From sequence record SRR22947727_1950: a stretch of DNA of 57,763 nucleotides; one strand, 5' to 3'. The notes under the pieces are model-generated. The model was not told the DNA's origin. It worked only from the letters and a program-made list of their open reading frames with translations, and searched no databases. The position numbers and the translations under genes are program-made. This document shows, piece after piece, positions 18,662 to 27,261 of this stretch; within the stretch, counting starts at the first letter, position 1, and the number at the start of each line of letters is the position of its first letter.

Positions 18662-19747
18662 CTATCGGCCTGTCTTGGGGGCGAAGAAGCGGGTAATAAG
18701 TCGCGCTCCAAGGTTCAAAATCATCACAATCAGAATGAGGGCTAGGGCTCCTGCCCACGCACGATTCAGAGCTGCGTCAGGATTAGAACCCTGCGCGACA
18801 TAGGAGTAATACACGAAGTTTGGCAGACTCTGCATCCGGTCTTGGAAGAGATTGAAGTTAAAGTCATTGGAGAATCCTGCAGCAATCAACAACGGCGCGG
18901 TCTCACCCATTACCCGAGCAATTGCCAACATGATTCCTGTCGTAATTCCTGCGATGGAAGTGGGAAGAACAACTTTCAAAATTGTCAGCCACTTGGGGAC
19001 ACCTAACGCGAACGATGCCTCCCTCAACTCGTTCGGAACAATCCGGAGCATCTCCTCGCTGGAGCGCACCACAATCGGAATCATCAATACGGTGAGAGCA
19101 GCCGCACCAGAAATTCCCACACGAGTTCCCGGACCAAGGATGATCTCAAATAACGAGTACGCGAAAAGTCCGGCGACAATGGAGGGAATTCCTGTCATGA
19201 CGTCGACAAAGAATGTGATGTATCGAGTCAGGCGCTTACCTGACCCATACTCCACGATGTAAATCGCTGTCAGCAGCCCCACCGGCACAGATACCGCACT
19301 CGCCGCAAGTGTCATGAGTAGCGTTCCGATCATGGCGTGTGCGGCTCCTCCGCCCTCACCCACAACGTTGCGCATGGACAAGGTGAAGAATTCGCCGTCA
19401 AACCTCACTAAGCCGTTGGTGAGAACAACGATCACCAAAGAGATGAGAGGGGTCAGAGCGGCCAGGAAGGCGATAGTGACGAGCAATGTCGCTAGTCGAT
19501 CGGTTGCTCTACGTTGTCCTTCGACCTTTCGGGAGACTGCATAGAGCAAGATGCCAAAGAAGATGATCGCAACAAGGCCCACCAAGATGAGATTGATCTG
19601 AAATTCCTCATCCGCAGGGCGAAAGATCGTGAAAAGTAACCATGACAGCACAAGGGAGGTGAGAAGCAAGAGGCCGGGAACATATCCCTGAAGCCGACCC
19701 GCTGAGAACACGTTACGAGCAGGCGATGTCATGGAGTGAGAGGTCAT
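18662..19747 (-). CDS. pstA: Phosphate ABC transporter permease
   Basis: [28 protein letters not shown]. Confidence 0.96.
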   Translation of the reverse strand: MTSHSMTSPARNVFSAGRLQGYVPGLLLLTSLVLSWLLFTIFRPADEEFQINLILVGLVAIIFFGILLYAVSRKVEGQRRATDRLATLLVTIAFLAALTPLISLVIVVLTNGLVRFDGEFFTLSMRNVVGEGGGAAHAMIGTLLMTLAASAVSVPVGLLTAIYIVEYGSGKRLTRYITFFVDVMTGIPSIVAGLFAYSLFEIILGPGTRVGISGAAALTVLMIPIVVRSSEEMLRIVPNELREASFALGVPKWLTILKVVLPTSIAGITTGIMLAIARVMGETAPLLIAAGFSNDFNFNLFQDRMQSLPNFVYYSYVAQGSNPDAALNRAWAGALALILIVMILNLGARLITRFFAPKTGR

Positions 19748-20712
19748 CAGTTCGCTCCCGAGAATTCAGCTCGTCGCTCGATAATCCACCGGGCAATGGA
19801 GTTCACCACCAGCGTGATGGCGAAGAGGATGAGGCCGGAAGCAATCAAAGCGTTCACATTGAGTCCGTATGCCTCAGGGAAGCTGAGCGCGACGTTCGCT
19901 GCAATCGTGGAGGGGTTCACCGAACTAATCAAATTCACCGTAATTACTCCCGTGGCCGAGAGAACCATCGCCACGGCGAGAGTTTCACCTAGTGCTCGAC
20001 CCAGACCCAGCATGGCGGCCGAGATAATTCCTCCCCGCCCCACGGGAAGAACCACGTCTCTGACCATTTCCCAGCGCGTGGAACCCAACGCGAGAGAAGC
20101 TTCGACGTACAACACAGGAGTTTGTAGGAAAACTTCGCGCGACACCGCCGTGATGATAGGCAGGACCATGACGGCGAGCACCACTGCGGCGGTGAGAATC
20201 GTTCGACCAGTTCCTGACGCGGGCCCTGCAAAAAAGGGAATGAAGCTAAGGTTTTCTGCCAGCCAGGCGTAGGAAGGCTGCAACGCTGGAGCAAGCACCG
20301 TGCCGCCCCAGAGTCCGTAGACCACCGACGGAACTGCAGCCAACAAATCTACGATGTAGCCCAGCGGAGCGGCGATACGACGGGGCGCGTAATGGGAAAT
20401 GAAGAGAGCGATTCCTATCGCCAGCGGAAAAGCGATGATGAGTGCGATGAGTGCTGCCCAGAGGGTTCCAAACACGAGAGGAATCACCCATTGGGCGAAA
20501 GTGTCACCGTCGAGAAGACCAATTTCTGCTGGATCTGCCACCAGCGCGGGGTATCCCTCGAGAATGAGGAACGCTGACACCCCGGCCAGCATGACGAGGA
20601 TGAAGACTCCAGCCCCCCGGGCCGACCCGGAGAAGATTCTGTCTCCGGGTCTCTCCACAGTCTTAGGGGCTCGGATTTCGGGAATCAGTCCCTCATCCTT
20701 ATCTTTCGCCAT
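19747..20712 (-). CDS. pstC: Phosphate ABC transporter permease
   Basis: LLAAVPSVVYGLWG, EASLALGSTRW, GRALGET. Confidence 0.96.
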   Translation of the reverse strand: MAKDKDEGLIPEIRAPKTVERPGDRIFSGSARGAGVFILVMLAGVSAFLILEGYPALVADPAEIGLLDGDTFAQWVIPLVFGTLWAALIALIIAFPLAIGIALFISHYAPRRIAAPLGYIVDLLAAVPSVVYGLWGGTVLAPALQPSYAWLAENLSFIPFFAGPASGTGRTILTAAVVLAVMVLPIITAVSREVFLQTPVLYVEASLALGSTRWEMVRDVVLPVGRGGIISAAMLGLGRALGETLAVAMVLSATGVITVNLISSVNPSTIAANVALSFPEAYGLNVNALIASGLILFAITLVVNSIARWIIERRAEFSGAN

Positions 20713-20779
20713 AACGATGCGCTCCCGATGCTTTCGACAATTCCTGCGGAGTCTGGTGAGTCACTAGTGCGAGTCTAGA

Positions 20780-20818
20780 GGAGAGGTGGAGAGGGGATAT
20801 TCCCCTCTCCACCTCTCC
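20780..20818. terminator. Perfect 18-bp hairpin between pstS and pstC
   Basis: GGAGAGGTGGAGAGGGGA-TAT-TCCCCTCTCCACCTCTCC. Confidence 0.8.
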
Positions 20819-20826
20819 GTAGGGTG

Positions 20827-21939
20827 TTACTGAATTGCAGCGATAACTGCTTCTGCCTTGGCACGAAGGTCGGCCGAGATCGGCGCGTTGCCTGCGTTTG
20901 CCTGAGAAGCAGCCTGTCCCTCTTCGCTAATCACGTACGAGGCATATGCCTTCATCAGGTCGACCACGGAGTCATCCTTGTAGTCGTTGCAACCGATGAA
21001 GTAGCTGACGAGCACGATGGGGTAAGTGCCCGAAGCGTCAGTGGCGCGGTCCAGAGCGATAGCGAGGTCAGTCTCACCGCGCTCGCCGGGGCTGTCTGCA
21101 GGAGAAGCATCCACAATCTTTGCGGCGGCTTCTGCGCTGTAGGGGACGTACTCCGCGCCGACCTTGACAGCTACGGTTCCGAGGTCACCGGCACGGGAAG
21201 CATCTGCATAACCGATGGTTCCAGTTCCGTTGGTGACCGCGTCAACCACACCAGAGGTCTGGGGAGCACCTTCTCCACCCCACTCCGCGGGCCACGCCTC
21301 AAAGTTGCCGGCGTTCTCACCGTTCAGCAACCACGTGTTGGGAGCAGCCTTAGCCATGTAGTCAGTGAAGTTGTCGGTGGTGCCAGACTCGTCAGAGCGG
21401 TGGACCGCCGTGATTGTCAGGTCAGGAAGATCAACGCCGGGGTTCTGGCTCGTGATGGCGTCATCACTCCAATTGGTGATTTCACCGGTGAAGATCCCGG
21501 CAAGAGTGTCGGGGTCAAGGTCGAGACTGTCAACCCCGTCGAGGTTGAAAATGACGGCAATGGGAGAAATGTAAGCAGGAATTTCCCAGATGCCGGTACC
21601 GGGTTCGCAGGAACCGAAGTTGTCTTCAGCGATTTCGTCCACCTTGAATGCTCGATCTGAACCAGCAAAGGACGAAGCTCCGCTCTGGAAGGTCTCGCGA
21701 CCTCCGCCCGATCCGATGGGGTCATAGCTAACAGTTACGTCAGGGTTTGCGGTCTGGAAACCGGCAACCCATGCCTCTGCAGCAGCACCCTGAGATGACG
21801 CGCCAGCGCCAACGAGGGTTCCACTGAGGGCTGAAGCAGATTCTTCCGCGGGCTCTGCCTCAGCCGCACACGCGCCCAGCACGAATACGGAGGAAGCGAG
21901 GAGAGCAACGCTAGCGAGACTCTTGCTTGATGTGATCAT
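20827..21939 (-). CDS. pstS: Phosphate-binding lipoprotein
   Basis: Lipobox LGAC, GAGASS, GSGGG, HRSDESGTT. Confidence 0.96.
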   Translation of the reverse strand: MITSSKSLASVALLASSVFVLGACAAEAEPAEESASALSGTLVGAGASSQGAAAEAWVAGFQTANPDVTVSYDPIGSGGGRETFQSGASSFAGSDRAFKVDEIAEDNFGSCEPGTGIWEIPAYISPIAVIFNLDGVDSLDLDPDTLAGIFTGEITNWSDDAITSQNPGVDLPDLTITAVHRSDESGTTDNFTDYMAKAAPNTWLLNGENAGNFEAWPAEWGGEGAPQTSGVVDAVTNGTGTIGYADASRAGDLGTVAVKVGAEYVPYSAEAAAKIVDASPADSPGERGETDLAIALDRATDASGTYPIVLVSYFIGCNDYKDDSVVDLMKAYASYVISEEGQAASQANAGNAPISADLRAKAEAVIAAIQ

Positions 21940-22014
21940 GTGTTTTCCATCCTTGATAACAGGGTTTTATTGTGCCGACATCGCGTGATGTCTGTAGAAA
22001 TCTCTCCACCTCAG

Positions 22015-22053
22015 GTGTCACGGAAGGTTCCATCCGGTGAATAGAGAGTGAAC
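22015..22053 (-). promoter_or_regulatory. PHO-box-like direct repeats (PhoP/RegX3 type) upstream of pstS
   Basis: Minus strand GTTCAC-N5-ATTCAC-N5-GGAACC-N5-TGACAC, 11-nt period; the last two units are degenerate. Confidence 0.65.
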
Positions 22054-22089
22054 AAATATTGAGCGGGGATGATGTGGCAAGGTGTTGGG

Positions 22090-23058
22090 GTGACCCAACT
22101 TGCGCCCATCATCACCTTGACCCCTGCGCCGGCTGTTGATCGAACCTACATTTTCGACACTTTGCTGCCTGGCGAGGTCCATCGGGCATCGGAGGTTCGG
22201 GCCGAACTCGCCGGTAAAGGTGTCAACGTCACCCGAGGGCTAGCACTAGCAGGAGTGCCCTCTTTCGCTGTCGTACCTCTGTCGCAGGCTGATGTCTCTT
22301 CACTGGAAGATGAGCTCATTCACCCTCACCTCGTCGATACCGCATTGAGGGTTAACATCACGCTTCTAGAAGCGGGCGGGCGGACCACGAAAGTTAATGA
22401 AAAACCCTCGGCACTCAGCGCAGATGACTGGTCGGCAATGATCGAGAAGGCTCTCAATCTCTCCTCTCTCAATCACGGATCGTGGATTCTTCTGGCCGGA
22501 ACAATTCCTCCAAATAAACAGGGAGGCCCACTCAACCTCCTTCCGCTTTTTCATGAAGCCAAAGAACTCGGTATAGCCGTTGGGTTGGACACCTCAGGCG
22601 CTCCACTGTTGGAGCTGGCTCGCACAGGGCTTCCTGATGTCATCAAACCCAACGCTCCGGAACTGGCAGAGTGCGTAGGCCGATCACTACAAACTCTTGG
22701 AGACGTTATCGACGCAGCCCAGGAGGTCCATGACTGGGGAGTTGCTCATGTCCTCGTGTCGCTGGGGGCAGATGGAATGGTGGGGGTTTCAAACGCCGAC
22801 GTCTTCCATGCGCACACGGAGCCGGTGACAGTCACGAACACGATCGGAGCGGGGGACGCCAGCGTCGCGGGTTTTCTCTCACACATATCCCATAGACCTT
22901 CGGAGTTTGGTGAAGCGATCTCTCGAGCAGTGTCGTGGGGTGCCCTCAAGGTCCAAGAGCAGAGCTCCCAGTTACAGAGCCTGGATGGACTCGTTCCCGC
23001 GATCCTTACCGACAATCCCGATAGATCGAAAAAGCTTCGTGAGCCGGGGCTTTTCTAA
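22090..23058 (+). CDS. 1-phosphofructokinase/LacC/PfkB-type sugar-phosphate kinase
   Basis: TLTPAPAVD, AGKGVNV, IKPNAPEL, NTIGAGDASVAG; GTG start at 22090 preferred. Confidence 0.88.
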   Translation: MTQLAPIITLTPAPAVDRTYIFDTLLPGEVHRASEVRAELAGKGVNVTRGLALAGVPSFAVVPLSQADVSSLEDELIHPHLVDTALRVNITLLEAGGRTTKVNEKPSALSADDWSAMIEKALNLSSLNHGSWILLAGTIPPNKQGGPLNLLPLFHEAKELGIAVGLDTSGAPLLELARTGLPDVIKPNAPELAECVGRSLQTLGDVIDAAQEVHDWGVAHVLVSLGADGMVGVSNADVFHAHTEPVTVTNTIGAGDASVAGFLSHISHRPSEFGEAISRAVSWGALKVQEQSSQLQSLDGLVPAILTDNPDRSKKLREPGLF

Positions 23059-23074
23059 CCTTCATCGCCATATT

Positions 23075-23125
23075 TATGGTTTTTTGTGGTTTTGAATGTT
23101 GTTATGTGTGGTTTTGTGTTACCTT
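23075..23125 (+). promoter_or_regulatory. 10-bp-phased T(G/A)TGGTTTT-like repeats over an extended -10 promoter; probable DeoR operator
   Basis: Units at 23075, 23085, 23095, 23105, 23115; TG-T-TACCTT at 23117-23125. Confidence 0.6.
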
Positions 23126-23164
23126 TCTGTCAGGTAATTCATAGAAACGTGAAGGACAACGACG

Positions 23165-23923
23165 ATGTTGGCAGAAGAACGACGACTCTTGATCGTCGAC
23201 TGGACGCGTAATGAGGGTCGCCTCAACGCCGCCGAGGCTGCCGCAAAACTGAACGTTGCTACCGAGACAGTCCGCCGTGACTTGGATGTTCTCCAGCGTC
23301 GCGGCGCACTTCGCAAGGTTCATGGTGGAGCGATTGCCATGGAACGCTTCGCTCACGAGTACACCATCCCTGAGCGCCAGAACCTCAACCCCGACGCGAA
23401 GAAGCGCATCGCCGAGACCGCATCGGAGTACATTCCCGACGAAGGTTGCATCTTCGTGGACGGTGGGACGACGACCGAGTTCCTTGCCCCCGCTCTTCGC
23501 AACCGCCCTGACCTGCTGGTAGTCACCAACAGCGTCACCCTCGCGTCACAGATTGCCGACAGCTCCACAAAGACCTACATGCTCTCCGGCCGCGTTCGCC
23601 CCACCACCTTAAGTTCCGTCGGTGCACGGACCGTAGAAGATTTGAGTCAACTCAACGCGGTTGTTGCCTTCGTGGGCGCGAATGGAATCTCGAAGGACCT
23701 CCGCATCACGGCTTTTGATACAGATGAAGCACTCGTGAAGAAGGTCTTCATCTCCCATTCGGCCGAAACGATCCTCCTTGCCGATAACAGCAAGTTCGGC
23801 TCGACGTATCCCTCGACGTTCGGGGAACCCTCAGATTTTGACCGACTCGTCACGGACCTGGGCACTGACTCCTCATTTATTGAGGGGTTCACCCAGCGTG
23901 GCGTCGAAGTGGTGGTCGCATGA
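23165..23923 (+). CDS. DeoR/GlpR family regulator (FruR-like)
   Basis: ETVRRDL…KVHGGA HTH; FVDGGTTT, VVTNS, ADNSKFG. Confidence 0.94.
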   Translation: MLAEERRLLIVDWTRNEGRLNAAEAAAKLNVATETVRRDLDVLQRRGALRKVHGGAIAMERFAHEYTIPERQNLNPDAKKRIAETASEYIPDEGCIFVDGGTTTEFLAPALRNRPDLLVVTNSVTLASQIADSSTKTYMLSGRVRPTTLSSVGARTVEDLSQLNAVVAFVGANGISKDLRITAFDTDEALVKKVFISHSAETILLADNSKFGSTYPSTFGEPSDFDRLVTDLGTDSSFIEGFTQRGVEVVVA

Positions 23924-24062
23924 CCCACCGCGAATTAGGTTTCGTCTCCAGCCTTGGGGACGGAAGTGCACGAGAAGCCAGAGAGGGGTGCTTATTCTCC
24001 CTGAGCTCCCCACTCTGGCAACTCGCGCAAACAATACAACCTCTCGAAGGAAGGTAGTACCA

Positions 24063-25175
24063 ATGAGTGATTTTATTCCCTCTGGTAGCGACGGCCAAGG
24101 TGGCTGGCGTGCCGGATTGCAGAAGCTCGGAGGCAACCTCGCGGGAATGGTGATTCCGAACATCGGAGCCTTCATTGCCTGGGGTCTGCTGACAGCTCTG
24201 TTCATCCCCACAGGATGGCTGCCCAACGAGAACTTCTCGTCCATGGTCGGCCCCATGATTCTGAACCTGCTTCCGATTCTTATCGGATACACGGGTGGTC
24301 GAATCGTTCACGGTCAGCGCGGTGCGGTGATTGGTTCGGTCGCGACTGTCGGTGTGATTGTGGGAACGGATATCCCCATGTTCCTCGGCGCCATGATTAT
24401 TGGTCCGCTGATGGCATGGATCCTCAAGTACATCGACAAGGTACTTGACCCCATTACCCCTCCCGGCTTCGAAATGCTGATTGGCAACTTCTCGCTGGGT
24501 ATTGCTGGAATGCTCGGCGCCATGCTCGGTTACTTGGGAATTGGACCGATCGTCTCGGCCATCACCAACGTGCTGGGTAACGGTGTGAGCTGGCTCGTGG
24601 ACAACTCTCTTCTCCCGATCGCATCAGTGCTGATTGAGCCGGCGAAGATCCTGTTCATGAACAACGCGATCAACCACGGTGTTCTAGGGCCGCTCGGTGT
24701 GGTTCAGGCGGAAGAGGCAGGCAAGTCCATCCTCTTCATGCTCGAGACCAACCCTGGTCCTGGTTTGGGAATTCTCGTTGCCTTCTGGCTCGCTGGACCC
24801 AAACTCCTCCGTGGTTCCGCACCCGGCGCCATCATCATCCACTTCCTCGGTGGAATCCATGAAATCTACTTCCCCTACGTACTGCTGAAGCCTCAGGTTG
24901 TCCTGGGTGCAATCGTCGGTGGCGCCGTGGGTGTTGCAACCTTCATGGTGACTGGCGTGGGACTGGTAGCAACACCATCCCCCGGATCGATCTTTGCCTA
25001 CCTGGCAGTGACCCCTCCCGGAAACCACCTTGGTGTGCTTCTCGGTATCGTCCTCTCCGCCGCTGCGTCCTTCGTTGTGTCGTGGTTCATTCTCAAGCTC
25101 TCGAAGGTTGACGCCTCCGAGGCAGAGTTTGACGCTGCCAAGCAGCGCAGCAAAGAGATGAAGGCTGGCAAGTAA
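24063..25175 (+). CDS. mtlA: PTS mannitol-family EIIC
   Basis: MVIPNIGAFIAWG, NNAINHG, ETNPGPG, HFLGGIHEIYFPY; AAGGAAGG RBS. Confidence 0.9.
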   Translation: MSDFIPSGSDGQGGWRAGLQKLGGNLAGMVIPNIGAFIAWGLLTALFIPTGWLPNENFSSMVGPMILNLLPILIGYTGGRIVHGQRGAVIGSVATVGVIVGTDIPMFLGAMIIGPLMAWILKYIDKVLDPITPPGFEMLIGNFSLGIAGMLGAMLGYLGIGPIVSAITNVLGNGVSWLVDNSLLPIASVLIEPAKILFMNNAINHGVLGPLGVVQAEEAGKSILFMLETNPGPGLGILVAFWLAGPKLLRGSAPGAIIIHFLGGIHEIYFPYVLLKPQVVLGAIVGGAVGVATFMVTGVGLVATPSPGSIFAYLAVTPPGNHLGVLLGIVLSAAASFVVSWFILKLSKVDASEAEFDAAKQRSKEMKAGK

Positions 25176-25177
25176 CC

Positions 25178-25492
25178 ATGGCCTCAGTATCGGCGAGTGA
25201 CGTCAAGCAAATTGTTGTTGCCTGCGAAGCAGGCATGGGCTCCAGCGTTATGGTGGCCCGGCAATTAGCGAAACAGCTCAAGAGTCAAGGCATCACCGTT
25301 GTTCATTCACCGGTGAATCAATTGGCAGAAACACCGCACGAGATCGTGCTTGTTCACCGGGGCCTTAGTGCTCGGGCGAAGCAGGCTGTTCCCGAGTCGG
25401 TGGTGATCATCTTCGACATGTTCTTGGGTGATCTCAACATTGCCAAGCTGGTCGGGGCTCTTCAGAATGGAGACACCATCTCAGATGGCTGA
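25178..25492 (+). CDS. PTS mannitol-family EIIB
   Basis: ACEAGMGSS phospho-Cys motif. Confidence 0.9.
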   Translation: MASVSASDVKQIVVACEAGMGSSVMVARQLAKQLKSQGITVVHSPVNQLAETPHEIVLVHRGLSARAKQAVPESVVIIFDMFLGDLNIAKLVGALQNGDTISDG

Positions 25493-25916
25493 TTTACTCC
25501 AACTGGCCGGTATCACGCTCGATGCGACGGCCTCCTCGCGAGAGGAGGCCGTCCGCATCTGCGGCTCACTCCTGGTGGACCTGGGAGCTGTCTCCTCGGA
25601 ATACGCAGAGGCCATGTGGGAGAGAGAGCAGATTTTCCCCTCTGAGCTTGGGGACGGTTTCGCGATTCCCCATGGGACTGATGAGTCCCGACCGTTCGTG
25701 AACTTTGACCAACTCGTCTTTGTTCGGTTTACGACACCCGTGACCTGGGTGAACGAAGAAATCTCGGTGTGCGTGGGAATCGCATCACAGGGAGACGGTC
25801 ACGTCGAAATCCTCGGCAACTTGGCGGACCTTCTGATGGATGAAGCTTCCGCCCACACACTTCGCACAACATCCGACGCAGAGGTCATTAGAGACCTCAT
25901 TCTGAAAGGCGCATAA
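25485..25916 (+). CDS. PTS mannitol/fructose-family EIIA
   Basis: GFAIPHG phospho-His motif, HVEIL. Confidence 0.9.
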   Translation: MADLLQLAGITLDATASSREEAVRICGSLLVDLGAVSSEYAEAMWEREQIFPSELGDGFAIPHGTDESRPFVNFDQLVFVRFTTPVTWVNEEISVCVGIASQGDGHVEILGNLADLLMDEASAHTLRTTSDAEVIRDLILKGA

Positions 25917-25919
25917 AGC

Positions 25920-26969
25920 ATGAAGGCTGCACTTTTCCAGGGACCTGGCGACCTAAGTGTCATTGAGGTTGACACCCCAAGCCCGGCGGCCGATGAGCTC
26001 AAGATTCGAGTTGAGTCCTGCGCGACCTGCGGAACAGACGCAAAGATTTTCCATCACGGACACCCACGCCTCGAGCCACCTCAGATCATTGGCCACGAGA
26101 TTGCGGGAGAAATTATTGAGGTGGGAAGTGGCACCACCGGCTACAGCGTCGGCCAACGCGTGCAGATCATTGCCGCTGTGCCATGCGAAGAGTGTTGGGC
26201 CTGCAAAGCGGGCAAGCAGGGTATTTGCATCAACCAAACTTCCATGGGTTACCAATTCCCTGGAGGATTCGCTCAGGAGATGGTTGTCCCTCAAGCAGTC
26301 ATCAAGGCAGACGGCGTCAACACGATTCCTGAGGGCCTCAGCTTCGATGAAGCCTCAGTAGCGGAACCACTTGCCTGTGTTCTGAACGCGCAACGTCTCG
26401 TCAACGTCGGCCCAGGCGACACCGTGCTGGTGATGGGGGCAGGGCCTATTGGGTGTCTCCACATCAGATTGGCGCGAGCGCTGGGTGCCACCAAGGTCAT
26501 GCTCGCCGACATCAATGGAGGGCGGCTCAAGCTCTCCGCCGACGCTGTGAAGCCAGACCGAGCTATCGATATGTCGTCTGAGAACCTCGAGGAGATCGTC
26601 TCCGCGGAGACCGACGGAATTGGGCCCAGTGTGATCATCACCGCTGCGCCGTCTGGTCAAGCACAGGAACAAGCCATCGCCATGGCAGCGCCTGGTGGCC
26701 GGGTGAGCTTCTTTGGAGGGCTTCCCAAAGACAAGCCCATGATCCAGGTTGACTCCAACGTTGTTCACTACAAGGAACTCATCCTTGCCGGCGCTAATGG
26801 CTCCTCCCCCGCGCAGAACAAAGAAGCTTTGGCCCTTATCGCCTCAGGAGCCGTTCCTGTCGCCGACTTAATTACCCACCGTCTCCCACTCGACCAGGTA
26901 CAGGACGCGATCAGCGCGGTAACGTCAGGGGAAGCCATCAAAGTCGTAATCAAGCCTCAGGGGGTCTAG
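25920..26969 (+). CDS. Zinc-dependent (MDR) polyol or polyol-phosphate dehydrogenase
   Basis: CGTD, GHE, CxxCxxC(x7)C structural Zn, GAGPIG. Confidence 0.9.
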   Translation: MKAALFQGPGDLSVIEVDTPSPAADELKIRVESCATCGTDAKIFHHGHPRLEPPQIIGHEIAGEIIEVGSGTTGYSVGQRVQIIAAVPCEECWACKAGKQGICINQTSMGYQFPGGFAQEMVVPQAVIKADGVNTIPEGLSFDEASVAEPLACVLNAQRLVNVGPGDTVLVMGAGPIGCLHIRLARALGATKVMLADINGGRLKLSADAVKPDRAIDMSSENLEEIVSAETDGIGPSVIITAAPSGQAQEQAIAMAAPGGRVSFFGGLPKDKPMIQVDSNVVHYKELILAGANGSSPAQNKEALALIASGAVPVADLITHRLPLDQVQDAISAVTSGEAIKVVIKPQGV

Positions 26970-26971
26970 GG

Positions 26972-27244
26972 ATGAGCGCACACGTTCACACCGTCACCGT
27001 GGAAGACCCGATTGGCCTCCACGCACGCCCTGTCGGTCAGATCGTGACACTGGTGAGAGAAACAGGAGCGACCGTCACGCTGCGAAGCGCTGCTGGAGCA
27101 GAAGCGCTCGCCACCTCGGCGCTCAAAATGTTGGCTCTCAAGGTCAAGACGGGTGAGACTCTCGAGATCGTCATCGACTCCGCAGGATCGAGCGATCCCG
27201 AGACGCTCGCTGGTGAGATCGAAAACCTCATCAACCAGGGTTAG
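26972..27244 (+). CDS. ptsH: HPr phosphocarrier protein
   Basis: GLHARP His15 motif; ATSALKMLAL Ser46 region. Confidence 0.92.
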   Translation: MSAHVHTVTVEDPIGLHARPVGQIVTLVRETGATVTLRSAAGAEALATSALKMLALKVKTGETLEIVIDSAGSSDPETLAGEIENLINQG

Positions 27245-27261
27245 GCCCGGGCCCACCACTC

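Noticed and set aside
20824-21660. 278-aa + strand ORF
   Set aside because: Antisense shadow of pstS.
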